Source: Macrostomum lignano (lineage: Eukaryota). Taken from it: a stretch of DNA of 64,000 nt. The first letter of the stretch is position 1, and each line of letters begins with the position of its first letter. Shown piece by piece: positions 50,707 to 61,819 of this stretch. A model generated the notes under the pieces. That model saw only the letters and a list, made by a program, of their open reading frames with translations. It made no database searches and was not told the origin of the DNA. Position numbers and translations under genes: made by a program. The stretch covers positions 2,253-66,252 of the forward strand of contig NIVC01002275.1 in assembly GCA_002269645.1 (NCBI GenBank), read 5' to 3'.

Positions 50707-53700
50707 TCAATGAGAGATCTCTGGCACCGGATTTTCGTACAGAGGATCAAAATGAAGCAGGAGAAAAGCTACAGCGCCAATCAGAGCCAGGGCTAGAATG
50801 CAGTTGAGCAGAGACGGACGAAACCGACTGGGAGCTGCGGCGGCTCCTGGGGCCGGACGAGCGCCAGACGGCGAGCCCACCTTACCATAGTAACCAGTTC
50901 CGGCGTCATTCTCGTGCAACGGGCGTCGGCGATAGGTTTCGCGGAAAACTGAACCGCCACCGCTGCCGAAGCTGCCATCGTCGGCTGGTGAAGCTCCGGG
51001 ACGTTGCGGAGTGGAATCGAACCTGCGACCTGCTGGGCTGGATGCGGCAGCGGCGGCTGCGCCTGCGGCGGAGAACATCGAAGCGTCGCGAGTGTCCGGA
51101 CTGCGAATTAACAATGGGAAAGACTTGTTGGGCGAATTTACACTGACAAGTACTTGTTAGCTACAGTACACTGACAAAGATTTGTTTGTAAATGTACATA
51201 GAAAAAGTCTGAATTGCCCAACGTACACTGACAAAGACACAATGACCCAATGTACAAAGACTCAATGGCCCAATGTACACTGACAAAGACTCAATGGCCC
51301 AATATACACTAACAAAGACTCAATGGCCCAATGTACACTGAAAAAGACTCAATGGCCCAATGTACACTGACTAAGACTCAATGGCCCAATATACACTGAC
51401 AAAGACTCAATGGCCAAATGTACACTGAAAAAGACTCAATGCCTCAATGTACACTGACAAAGCCTCAATGGCCCAATATACACTAACAAAGACTCAATGG
51501 CCCAATGTACACTGAAAAAGAATCAATGGCCCAATGTACACTGAAAAAGACTCAATGGCCCAATATACACTGACAAAGACTCAATGGCCCAATGTACACT
51601 GACATACTCAATAGTCCAATGTACACAAACAGAAAAAGTTATATCTTTAAATACTTGTTAAGAATCTCAAAAAGTTACCTGTTGTAAACTCAAACAAATA
51701 GCCAAAACTGAAAATGTTCATAAATAACATTTTTATTCCAGCACCGAAAAAACTTATACATAATAATACAATCGCTGATAACCATTATCAACAGAATTTT
51801 CCTACCAAATAGCTATAGTGACAGGAACACAGCAGTCACAAACAGTGATGTTGATCGACAAGTCGTACTTTAAATTAGATGGCCTGTGTGGTAATTCAAT
51901 CAGATTCTTTACGTTTTTACTGATAATTAAGATGAGAAAAGTGCGAAATATTCTACTCAAAGACACCAACCAATTTCCTATATATTATGAGTTTCACACA
52001 TCGCAAGTAGTAAAGTTGAGTTCAATAAAACAAACGATTTATTACCTTACTGGCTGTCTTCTGGCGCCGTCTCCGTCACTGACATCGCTTTCGCTAAAAA
52101 TACAATAAGTATTATTTATATTTACAACTCTCCATAATAGATCAATAATGGAATTAAAATCCATAGGATATACAATAAATTAAGCTTTTGGACTCAGACA
52201 AATGCCTCATTAAGATCACTTTAAAAAGGCACAGGTTATGCCTGTATCAGTTCGTCATCTAAATTGTCATCATTGTAGTTTAGGCTATTATTATCAAACA
52301 TAAAAAAATCGCGACACTCGCTATCAGACAAATGCCTCTTTGAATTTCATAACTGGCACAAACTGATTATTTGCACCTGTCAATCTCGTCATCTATTCTG
52401 TCATCATTAGCGAGTTGATAAAAACTGACTAAACTCATAAACACTATGCAATAGGGTCTTGTTCTCAGACAAATGCCTCATTAAGATCACAGAGCAGACA
52501 CTGATTATTTATGTCTGTCAGTTCGTCATCTAAATTGTCATCACTGCTAACACAATGACCCAAAGTACTCTATGTACTTGATAAGCTCATAAATAATATA
52601 AATCTAAGATATATACTCAGGACTCAGGGCTCAGACAAATGCCTCATTAAATTTCACTAATTGGCACAAACTACTCGAGTTTGCACCTGTCAATCTCGTC
52701 ATCTATTGTCATCACAGCGAGTCCGCACAGTCACTAACAATGTGCATTGAGCAATAAAGCTATCTGTAAGCCGGAATTAACATCCACCAGCAGCCAGGAC
52801 GCTCTGAAGTCAGCGACAGCTGCAGCGGTGTGCTGTTGCCAGCTGGGTTGCTCTGGCACCAGTATTAAACTTGACCGGGCTTGACAACTAACTGCATGGC
52901 AACTAGCACCCATTGGTCAAGGGATCAAATCTGGTGCCGTGTGCTCATTTAATTGCATGGCAACTAGCACCCATTGGTCAAGGGATCAAATCTGGTGCCG
53001 TGTGCTTATCTGATTGCATGGCAACTAGCACCCATTGGTCAAGGGATCAAATCTGGTGCCGTGTGCTTATCTGATTGCATGGCAACTAGCACCCATTGGT
53101 CAAGGGATCAAATCTGGTGCCGTGTTTATCTGATTGCATGGCAACTAGCACCCATTGGTCAAGGGATCAAATCTGGTGCCGTGTGCTCATTTAATTGCAT
53201 GGCAACTAGCACCCATTGGTCAAGGGATCAAATCTGGTGCCGTGTGCTTATCTGATTGCATGGCAACTAGCACCCATTGGTCAAGGGATCAAATCTGGTG
53301 CCGTGTGCTTATCTGATTGCATGGCAACTAGCACCCATTGGTCAAGGGATCAAATCTGGTGCCGTGTTTATCTGATTGCAGGGCAACTAGCACCCATTGG
53401 TCAAGGGATCAAATCTGGTGCCGTGTGCTTATCTGATTGCATGGCAACTAGCACCCATTGGTCAAGGGATCAAATCTGGTGCCGTGTTTATCTGATTGCA
53501 TGGCAACTAGCACCCATTGGTCAAGGGATCAAATCTGAGTGATTATCCAGCATATTAAGCTGCATGGCAACTAAGCGGACTAAGACTAGGACTAAGACTT
53601 AATTTATGGATAAAGACAACCTTACTATAATTACTAGTTTAAATTCTGTCTCAAAATCAGACAAATGCCTTATAAAAATTCACATTAAAAAGCATAGATT

Positions 53701-53991
53701 TATTTGCTATGCCAATCATACTCGTCATCTATTTTGTCATCATTTTTGAGAGCAGATTTTTTGCACAAAAAGAATCAAATCCTTGATTTGTAAATAAAAG
53801 AACACTTACCTATCTTCAGCTTGGTCGGTGCTGCACACAGACACAAACTGTTGTCCAGAGCGCAGTCTATATAATTTACGACGCATCAAGTGCCTAGTAG
53901 TGTCAGTAACTGGGGGCACATTTGCGTCGCCCATGTGTACAGCAAGGTCATCGCGTAGTTCCGCATCAGTTAGTTGATTAATTTCGTCCAT
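50707..53991 (-). CDS. Emerin/LAP2beta/otefin-like LEM-domain tail-anchored nuclear envelope protein, 207 aa. Exons 53991-53810, 52093-52046, 51100-50707
   Basis: N-terminal LEM motif LTDAELRDDL...VPPVTDTTRHLMRRKLYRL; both junctions are GT-AG and phase 2; exons total 624 nt; single C-terminal TM segment LLNCILALALIGAVAFLLLHF with a short lumenal tail. Confidence 0.85.
51200..51630. repeat. ~30-bp intronic minisatellite (TGTACACTGACAAAGACTCAATGGCCCAA)
   Basis: Direct inspection. Confidence 0.88.
52194..52273 (-). ncRNA. SNORD15: U15/SNORD15-family snoRNA, D'-guide-shifted type
   Basis: ATGATGA...TTAGATGACGA-A-CTGA...ATGAGGCATTTG-T-CTGA; ends ~100 nt upstream of the LEM exon 2 acceptor. Confidence 0.88.
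52324..52407 (-). ncRNA. SNORD15: U15/SNORD15-family box C/D snoRNA
   Basis: ATGATGA...TAGATGACGAG-A-TTGA...GAGGCATTTG-T-CTGA; perfect 8-bp terminal stem ACTCGCTA/TAGCGAGT (52316-52323, 52408-52415). Confidence 0.92.
52465..52544 (-). ncRNA. SNORD15: U15/SNORD15-family snoRNA, D'-guide-shifted type
   Basis: GTGATGA...TTAGATGACGA-A-CTGA...ATGAGGCATTTG-T-CTGA; paralogue of the 46894 copy. Confidence 0.88.
52631..52715 (-). ncRNA. SNORD15: U15/SNORD15-family box C/D snoRNA
   Basis: Essentially identical to the 47056-47140 copy. Confidence 0.9.
52765..52890. other. Second copy of the GC-rich self-complementary element
   Basis: Near-identical to 47185-47312. Confidence 0.3.
52890..53545. repeat. 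~61-bp tandem repeat with internal hairpin, ~10.5 units
   Basis: Same unit as 47315-47645; explains ORFs 52974 and 53216. Confidence 0.93.
53657..53743 (-). ncRNA. SNORD15: U15/SNORD15-family box C/D snoRNA
   Basis: ATGATGA...TAGATGACGAG-T-ATGA...AGGCATTTG-T-CTGA; perfect 8-bp terminal stem TCTCAAAA/TTTTGAGA (53649-53656, 53744-53751). Confidence 0.88.
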
Positions 53992-56619
53992 TATTGTTTT
54001 TTATTACTTAGTAAATTTTATAGCTGCAATTTTTAGGAAATAACAAAAACTGTAGCTGTTGTAAAACATGCAAAACTACTTTTGTAACTGAATAATCATT
54101 TTTGAAATGTTATAAGATAAATGTGTTATGTGTTATCCTCTTTTTGTCTTTACTAGACCAAGACATGACCAGAATCAGACAAAATTTACCAACCAGGTAA
54201 CTAAAATGCTTGGTTTGTGCTAGATGATAGCATTACTATTCACACTTCTTTTTTAACTCACTAGTTTCTTAGTGATGCTTTAAGTGCTAATAGAGTAATT
54301 AGTAGGTTTTATACCATTAGCAGGGGTGTCAAAAATGAAGGTTGCACGTTTGACTTTAACCAGTTTTTTAAAGTTAAAAACCTAATTTTTGGTTTTAAAC
54401 TGGACTTACAGCTTTGTAATCTAAAATATACTGCTCTGACCTTTGAGACAAAGTGCTGCCTTTGTCTGACTGCCTCACTGTAATCTCTGATTAGATTCAA
54501 GAGTAAAAACTAAACTTACATCAGAGATGAACACAAGCCTATGCTTAGAGAGGCAATTGAAGGAACAAACCCCAAAACTGTTGCATATCACAAGAGGGTC
54601 AAGTTTCTGTCCAAGTGGAGCTTTTGGACACAATATTATCAAGGCTACTTATGTTGCGTCATTACTCATTATTGTCTAAAAAATAGTCAGTTTTTTTAGA
54701 AAATACACTATAAGGATTTACCTAACTTTTCATTGATTCAACTGCATACCACAGTGTATTTTTTACTATTGACTTTGTGTAGTTAAAAAGATTCATGGTA
54801 ATTACAATCACAAAATAGCTTCTTGATGATACAAAAGAAGAGGCTAACCTACCTCGAATAAAATACTATCTGATAAAAGCTATAGGCAAAGTAGTCATAG
54901 CCTAGAACATCTAGAAATATCATTTAGATCTTTGGAATTCTAAATAATATTATCAAGGTTTTATTCTTAGTCTTTAGGTAGACAAGAAACATTATAGCAT
55001 CTATAATTAAGCTTCAAATGTTTACAACAGAATTACATTACTAATTTTAGTTGCCCCAAATAAAACAAGCATTTAGCCTGCCTACAGACTGTGCACTTAT
55101 TTGATACAAGTTAGAAAGTAAATAAATGTAGCATGCTTTTGTTCTTGCTAGTGATTATCAATGGCAATGGCCCTAGCCAAGTTGTTGCAATTATTCTTAT
55201 TGCTAACAAAGAGATAAAGATAGTTCAGAACATAATAAATTCTTTTAAGTAGCATTTTGACTTGTGAAAAAAGTTTCAATAGGGAACTATCAGTTGTTGC
55301 AGTCCTTTAAGAGTGTGTTATACAAGCCACTGTTAAACATTTCATATTTTATTCCTTTTTTCAACTTTTAACTGCAAGGTTGCAAAGGCCAAAAAAAATT
55401 TACTACTTAAAAATATCTATGAAGTATCAATCCAATCAAGTATAAGATGCTTTAGGCCCAGCTAATGTAGCTTAATATACTAGAAGTAATGGGCTACTTT
55501 TTGCTAAACTAGAATTTTTGCAAAGAACAATGGGTAAAATGCAATGGCAATTCTTTAAATCTAATAGCTATTGGAACATAAATTTTTAATAGGTGAAAAC
55601 AATCATAGGCAAAAATTTAAGATAAGAAAGTTCTTTGCTAAATTTATTTTGCTATTTTTAGACTTAAAATAGATGCTTGACATTGATATATCAACTTTTA
55701 AGACTATAATATTCTAAATTTAGGAATATCCAAATATTAGTACAAGCATATTCTAAATTTGCTTTATATGATGAAATGCTAATTTATTGCCAATGGACTC
55801 AAGCCTATTGGCTAGAAAACTATTCATAGAATATGAATTAAATTTACTTTTTGTTGCCTTTTTTTAACTACTAAGCATCAAACAAAGAGGCAAGCAACCA
55901 TAATAGAGACACTAAAGTTTAAAAACTTTAAATAGTTTTTCTTGCAACTTTTATAATAGACTAAGTAGACTATAAAAAGGCTTTTGATAGTCCCAACAAA
56001 CCAACAATCCATATTGTAGCAAAAATCTAAACCACACCAGATGCTCTTCTTTCCCCTGCTAGACCATGCCAGACTATGCTTACATTGCTACTTGCTAGAG
56101 GCCAATCTATACAAGACACTATCTGCAATAATGGCCATTGGTTGCAATAAGTCCAACAATGTAATATAAAATAGCTATCAAGGAAGTCTAAGGCAAGACA
56201 AAACAATACAAAATATATACATAAACATGCTAATGCATACTTTCCATTGAAAACATAGAAAACTAATATACAAGATAAATCTAAACCTATAGCAATAAAT
56301 AACTAAAGGAGTTCTCAAAGGCAATTTTATATCTAGACAAGCTGTTGAAACCTGCGGATTTTGAACCTGGGGAATTCCAATCCCGGAACTATTTTTCCAT
56401 GTATTCTGAAATCTGAGGCCATACTCAAACAAAAACTTGTTAATAGTTAGTAGGATAGAGATAGACATCAAATGTAGTACATTCGTGTAAAATTAGAATT
56501 TGAGGCAAACATTGATCTTGTTGGCTGGGGTGCTTTTTAGGCAGTTAATGTCTGTCTGACTCTAAATCATGTATTGGCAAACTCTGGCCTCTGCCTCTGA
56601 CTCTCCCTACGTCCCTTGG

Positions 56620-57762
56620 ATCCTTTGAAACTTCTATCTTCTCTTCTGTTTCCTCTCTTCTCTCTCGTCTCTCCTCTCTGCTCTCTCTCCTCTCCTCTCT
56701 TCTCTTTTTCCTCTTTCCTCTCTCCCCTCTTCTCTCGTATCTTCCCTCATTTCTCTTCTTTTTCATCTCTCTTATCTCATCTCTTTTCTTTTCTTTTCCC
56801 TTTCCTCTCCTCCCACTCTTCTCTCGTCTTTTTCTTCACCTATCTTCTCTCGCGTCTTTATTTGCTCTCTGATCTCTCCTTTCTCTTCTCTCTCTCTCTT
56901 CTCTTTTATCTCTTTTCATTTCTCTCTGCTTCCCTCCTCTCTATCTGCTTCCCCCCTCTCTCTCTGCTTCCCCCCTCTCTCTCTGCTTTCCCCCTCTCTC
57001 TCTGCTTCCCCCCTCTCTCTCTGCTTTCCCCTCTCTCTCTGCTTCCCCCTCTCTCTCTGCTTCCCCCCTCTCTCTCTCTGCTTCCCCCCTCTCTCTCTCT
57101 CTGCTTCCCCCCTCTCTCTGCTTCTCCCCTCTCTCTCTGCTTCTCCCCTCTCTCTCTCTGCTTCCCCCCTCTCTCTCTGCTTCTCCCCTTTCTCTCTCTG
57201 CTTCCCCCCTCTCTCTCTGCTTCCCCCTCTCTCTCTGCTTTCCCCCTCTCTCTCTGCTCCCCCTCTCTCTCTGCTTCTCCCTTCTCTCTCTGCTTCTCCC
57301 CCCTCTCTCTCTGCTTTCCCCCTCTCTCTCTGCTCCCCCCCTCTCTCTCTGCTTCTCCCCTCTCTCTCTGCTTCTCCCCTCTCTCTCTCTGCTTCTCCCC
57401 TCTCTCTCTCTGCTTCCCCCCTCTCTCTCTGCTTCTCCCCTCTCTCTCTCTGCTTCCCCCCTCTCTCTCTGCTTCTCCCCTTTCTCTCTCTGCTTCCCCC
57501 CTCTCTCTCTGCTTCCCCCTCTCTCTCTGCTTTCCCCCTCTCTCTCTGCTCCCCCTCTCTCTCTGCTTCTCCCCTCTCTCTCTGCTTCTCCCCCTCTCTC
57601 TCTGCTTTCCCCCTCTCTCTCTGCTCCCCCCTCTCTCTCTGCTTCTCCCCTCTCTCTCTGCTTCTCCCCTCTCTCTCTCTGCTTCTCCCCTCTCTCTCTG
57701 CTTCTCCCCTCTCTCTCTCTGCTTCCCCCCTCTCTCTCTGCTTCTCCCCTTTCTCTCTCTGC
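56620..57762. repeat. CT-rich low-complexity tract and ~19-21-bp minisatellite (CTCTCTCTCTGCTTCCCCC)
   Basis: Explains ORFs 56616, 56906 and 56941. Confidence 0.93.
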
Positions 57763-58665
57763 TAAAAATAAAGTTATTCCAAAACACTGTACATTTGCTA
57801 TGTACATTCAGTCCTATCGCCTGACCCTTCGTCTGGCTCTGGGGGAATGAGTGAGTGAGTGGCAAAAACAACAGAAAAAGCAGACAAACTTCACACGCTT
57901 ACAGTTTCTTTTTTGAATGAGTTACAGAGTTGAGACTTTACATTTAGATAGAGAATGAGTCAATGAAGAATTGTGTCAAGTTTAAAGTCAATCGCTTTAC
58001 GTGGAGCAAACTTATGGCAGCTGAAAGTTAGTTAATTTTGATTTGAAACCCCTTTTACACATCTGGGCGCAGATCGGGAAAGAGAGGCAGGCGGGCGGAG
58101 GTTGGGGTGGTTGCTCGCTGAAAAAAACAGCCTAACTTTAAAAGTGCACAGCACCGCTCAGGATCAACTTTAAGACTCGAAATTTTACATGATTGTGCCA
58201 AAATAGTTTAAGATTGTCTGTGTCAAATTTGAAAAGAATCGGTAGAAGTGGAGCGGCGCTATGGAGGATTTAGTGAAAAAAATTGCGCATTTTGAGCAGT
58301 TTTTTGTACTTTTAGGTAGGAAGACTTGAGTCTAGGAAATTTTAAGGTAGCCTAAGACACTCTCCGTAGTAAGTTTAGGGTGGGTGTAAAGTTTGGTGTC
58401 ATTTGGTTGAGCGGTTTGGGAGTCCATAGCGATCAAAATTGTCCACACACAGACAGACACACACACAGACACACACACAGAGTTTTGATTTTTATAGTTA
58501 GAGAGATTGGAATGTTTATATAGCAATTGTGCAATAGAAAGTTGTGTACAATTTTTCTGCATTATTTTTTACCTAAAAGTTTTGGCACTATAATTTTATA
58601 AGCATGTTTTTTATAAAAAGCTTTACAAAATACTTAAAAGAAATATTATAATTCTTTTCTTAAAG

Positions 58666-58712
58666 CAGGGGTCAGCAACATCTAGTCCCAGGGCCAGATC
58701 CAGCCTCCAAGG
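58666..58712 (+). mobile_element. Possible decayed hAT-type transposon terminus
   Basis: CAGGGGTCAGCAAC...GTCCCAGGGCCAGATCCAGCC resembles the CAGGGGTC..CAAAC..GGCCCGCGGGCCA..TCCGGCCC ends of hAT/Charlie-like elements with the CpGs decayed; no partner end or TSD found. Confidence 0.25.
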
Positions 58713-61436
58713 CCTTCAATGCCTTTTACTCCACTTTTTCTCTTTCTCATTCTTACTTTTTTCATCTTATTTAAAAGTCTAGAAACAAACAAAAAGACAG
58801 ACATAATATAATGCAACTAAGGTTTTTTATTTCTTTATATTATTGGCCCCTGAGCCCTTAAAAAGTGCAATATGCAATATTTTCAAATGGAATCATATAA
58901 CATAGGCCTATAAACATTTTAGAGTTATATGAGTACAAGTTTGACAAAAATATGAGTTCAAGTATAAAACTTTTGTTAGCCCACACAGAAAAGTATAGGA
59001 CCATAGTCAGCATCATGGCACACCTGTACCAGAACAAATCCTATCAAAAAGTTAATTATGCTATGCACTGGAACTAGTCTTATCAAATAAATTTGCTTGC
59101 ACCATGTGCTAAAACATTTTTGGTAAATAAAAACATAGGAACATAAAAATTACTAGTTTCTAATTAAAAAAAACTAGTTAAACTTGTATTTGATTTTGTT
59201 TTATAGGAAATACAATGCAAACATATTTTAATTAAAAAGCTATCAATATACTGGCAAAAAAGTGCTAGTTTTCTATCTGCAAAACTATTAACTTGCTGAA
59301 AGTTTTTGTCTTATGCCAAATTGCACTGATTTTATTGTCTTGTGCTATACTATGTTGGATTCCCCCTCCCCTCCTAGCCTGTTGTTATGCTAGAATATGC
59401 CAATACAGTACATATTCAACATTCATTTGTGCTAAACTTTTCTATGAAAAGGCTATCTTTCTGACTATAGGTCTAGGATTAAATTCCATCTTGGTCCTAT
59501 ATCAATACTATATAGTACTCTTTGAAATCTATATCAATGACATAGTAGAATATTTAGAATTATCATATAGAAACCTTTTTATCAAACTATCTTATCCCTA
59601 TATATTACTTCTTGTAGACAATCAAGCAATTTAAGCCAAAACAAGTAATATACAAAAAACCATAGTATGTTGACCAAAGCTTTGGCACCTATGTCTCAAC
59701 AATTAAACTTCTTTTTTATTGGAAGATGATTCTCTACATTTTCTGAACTAACAGCAGTGATTGCTATTCTTGGTAGATCTTGCTTTATGCAATTAAAGAT
59801 AGAAGAATCACAAACTATTTAAATAAGATAGCCACATAGACCAAATATTGAGATCAAACCCAATCTAAAGTACTACAAGTGTATATTTGCCATCATAGTA
59901 AAATATAAATTTCTTCTTTTGAAAGAAAGTGTCCAAAGCAAAAGTATTCTCATATTCTTGTAGCATTTTCATTTTGCTCAAATCATGAATTTTAGACCTA
60001 GCACTATTATTATTATCACAAGAACTTTGATTGTTGCAACATTATTGACTAAGTCATATATTATACATATGCACTACTGGCTGTTTTCAAGCAATGTATG
60101 TATAAATTCAATGAGTATAATTATATACTGTATTATAAATGTATACAAGCTAGACAAAGATAGCTATTAAAGTTTGTTACTTTTGTTTGTTTAATTGTCA
60201 GCTATTGTCAGCCAGCTATCTAGACCTAGCTAGACAATATAAATAGGAGTTACTTTTTAAAGTTACTTGAAAGTTACTTCTTTAAATGTAAAATCAGTAT
60301 CTTGATATTGTACAAAACTATGGGACTTGCATTCTCATAAACAATATCATTCCAGACATTTCAGTGCATTCATGGACTATTGGTCTCATGTTATCAATTG
60401 CCTAATCTATAATAACAGTTGATGAAAACTGACAACTAAGGGCAGAACTCAAATGGCTCTACAACGGTAGCTCCAAGTCGCCAGTATTCCACACTAGCAC
60501 AAACCTGTGAATATATTGTGTAGTCATTGCATATGATGTGCTTCTGCCAACATAGGTCATGCAAACCTCTTGGCTCTTCATGCAGCAAGTCATCCTAACT
60601 AAGCAGCAGGAGCCTGCATATGACTTGCAGGTCTTTAATAGCTCAGAGACTATGGGGCCAGATAGTCTGCACTAGATTGCACAGCCTGCAGTGGGCACAT
60701 TACATGACTTGTAGGTCTTTGATGGCTTGGAAACTATAGGGCCAGATAGTCTACAATAATGGTTTGTTCTGGAGGTTGCATCAACTGAGCATCTATCTCA
60801 GGTGTTTCTTAGACATTCTATAATGGTCTTAGAATCTAAATACTGTTGTTTTATTCTAGACTACAACTACCTGCCCAAACTCACCCCTGCCTTTGGTGTC
60901 CACACTGTGCATAAACAGGCTAATAGACTGCAGCTAGACACTCACTGCTGCATCCAATGTGAGGGCTGGTATGCTGGTCTGTCTCTAAAAATGCAACATA
61001 AGCTGCAGGCAAATTGGTTACATTGTTCAAACCAGCCAAAACCCATATATGACCCCCAACTTCTTCAAAATTGCCATGCCTGACACACCTAAGACACCAT
61101 GAGAGGTGATAAAAGTTGGCTGGTATTGGCGCATGCCACTAAAGTGTACCATAGGCCAATAGGATTTGATTTGATTTGATTTAAGTTTATTTATTTGACT
61201 TGAATCACATCAGTTAAGGTTATGTGCCATTTCTCTGATCAAGAGGCTCTAGTGTATATTTGTATACAATATTGGGCAACAAAAATCAGGACCCTGCAGC
61301 TGGGTCTAATATGATGCTATGCAAAGCAGAAACCATGCAGTGTTACTTTATAGTTAAATATACAAAAACATCATGCTGAGTAGGATGGAAACTAGACTGC
61401 TCTAGCACAAGCTTGGGCACAACCTAGGGATTTACC

Positions 61437-61552
61437 TGGCCATTTCTATTGGCAACACATACACATAAGTTGCTATTGGACAGAATAGTTGTCATGTGAC
61501 TGCTCTCAGCCTATAGCAACTTACATGTGTGTGTTGCCAATAGAAATGGCCA
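61437..61552. repeat. 116-bp imperfect palindrome (~40-bp arms)
   Basis: TGGCCATTTCTATTGGCAACAC...AAGTTGCTAT versus ATAGCAACTT...GTGTTGCCAATAGAAATGGCCA. Confidence 0.8.
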
Positions 61553-61819
61553 AGTAGTTTCTAAGTTTATGCATGTATGCTCCAGCAGTGCAAAGTTGAG
61601 CAGTTGAAGGTGTTGAAACTATAGCAGACTGACAGTGCTACCAATGCACTTCTTATACGCACATCACAATGCCTAACTATACAGGATAATGCAGGCCCTT
61701 CAACATCTAGGCAAGGTTTATTGGCCTGCAGTCTGCAAAGTCTAGACAAGACTGAGGAGCCTGAATTGGAGGCAAATTTGCTACCAGTACTTCTCTAATG
61801 GTATCTCAGACCTAGTGCC

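Noticed and set aside
30088-53991. Operon of three co-oriented genes (LEM, CPD, LAMTOR3)
   Set aside because: Gaps of 1.7-2.3 kb with arrays, candidate poly(A) signals and a shared upstream motif fit separate promoters equally well; needs spliced-leader data.
57990-58440. CpG-rich patch resembling a young non-autonomous transposon or promoter
   Set aside because: No TIR pair, TSD or downstream gene could be identified; noted only as contrast in the CpG finding.
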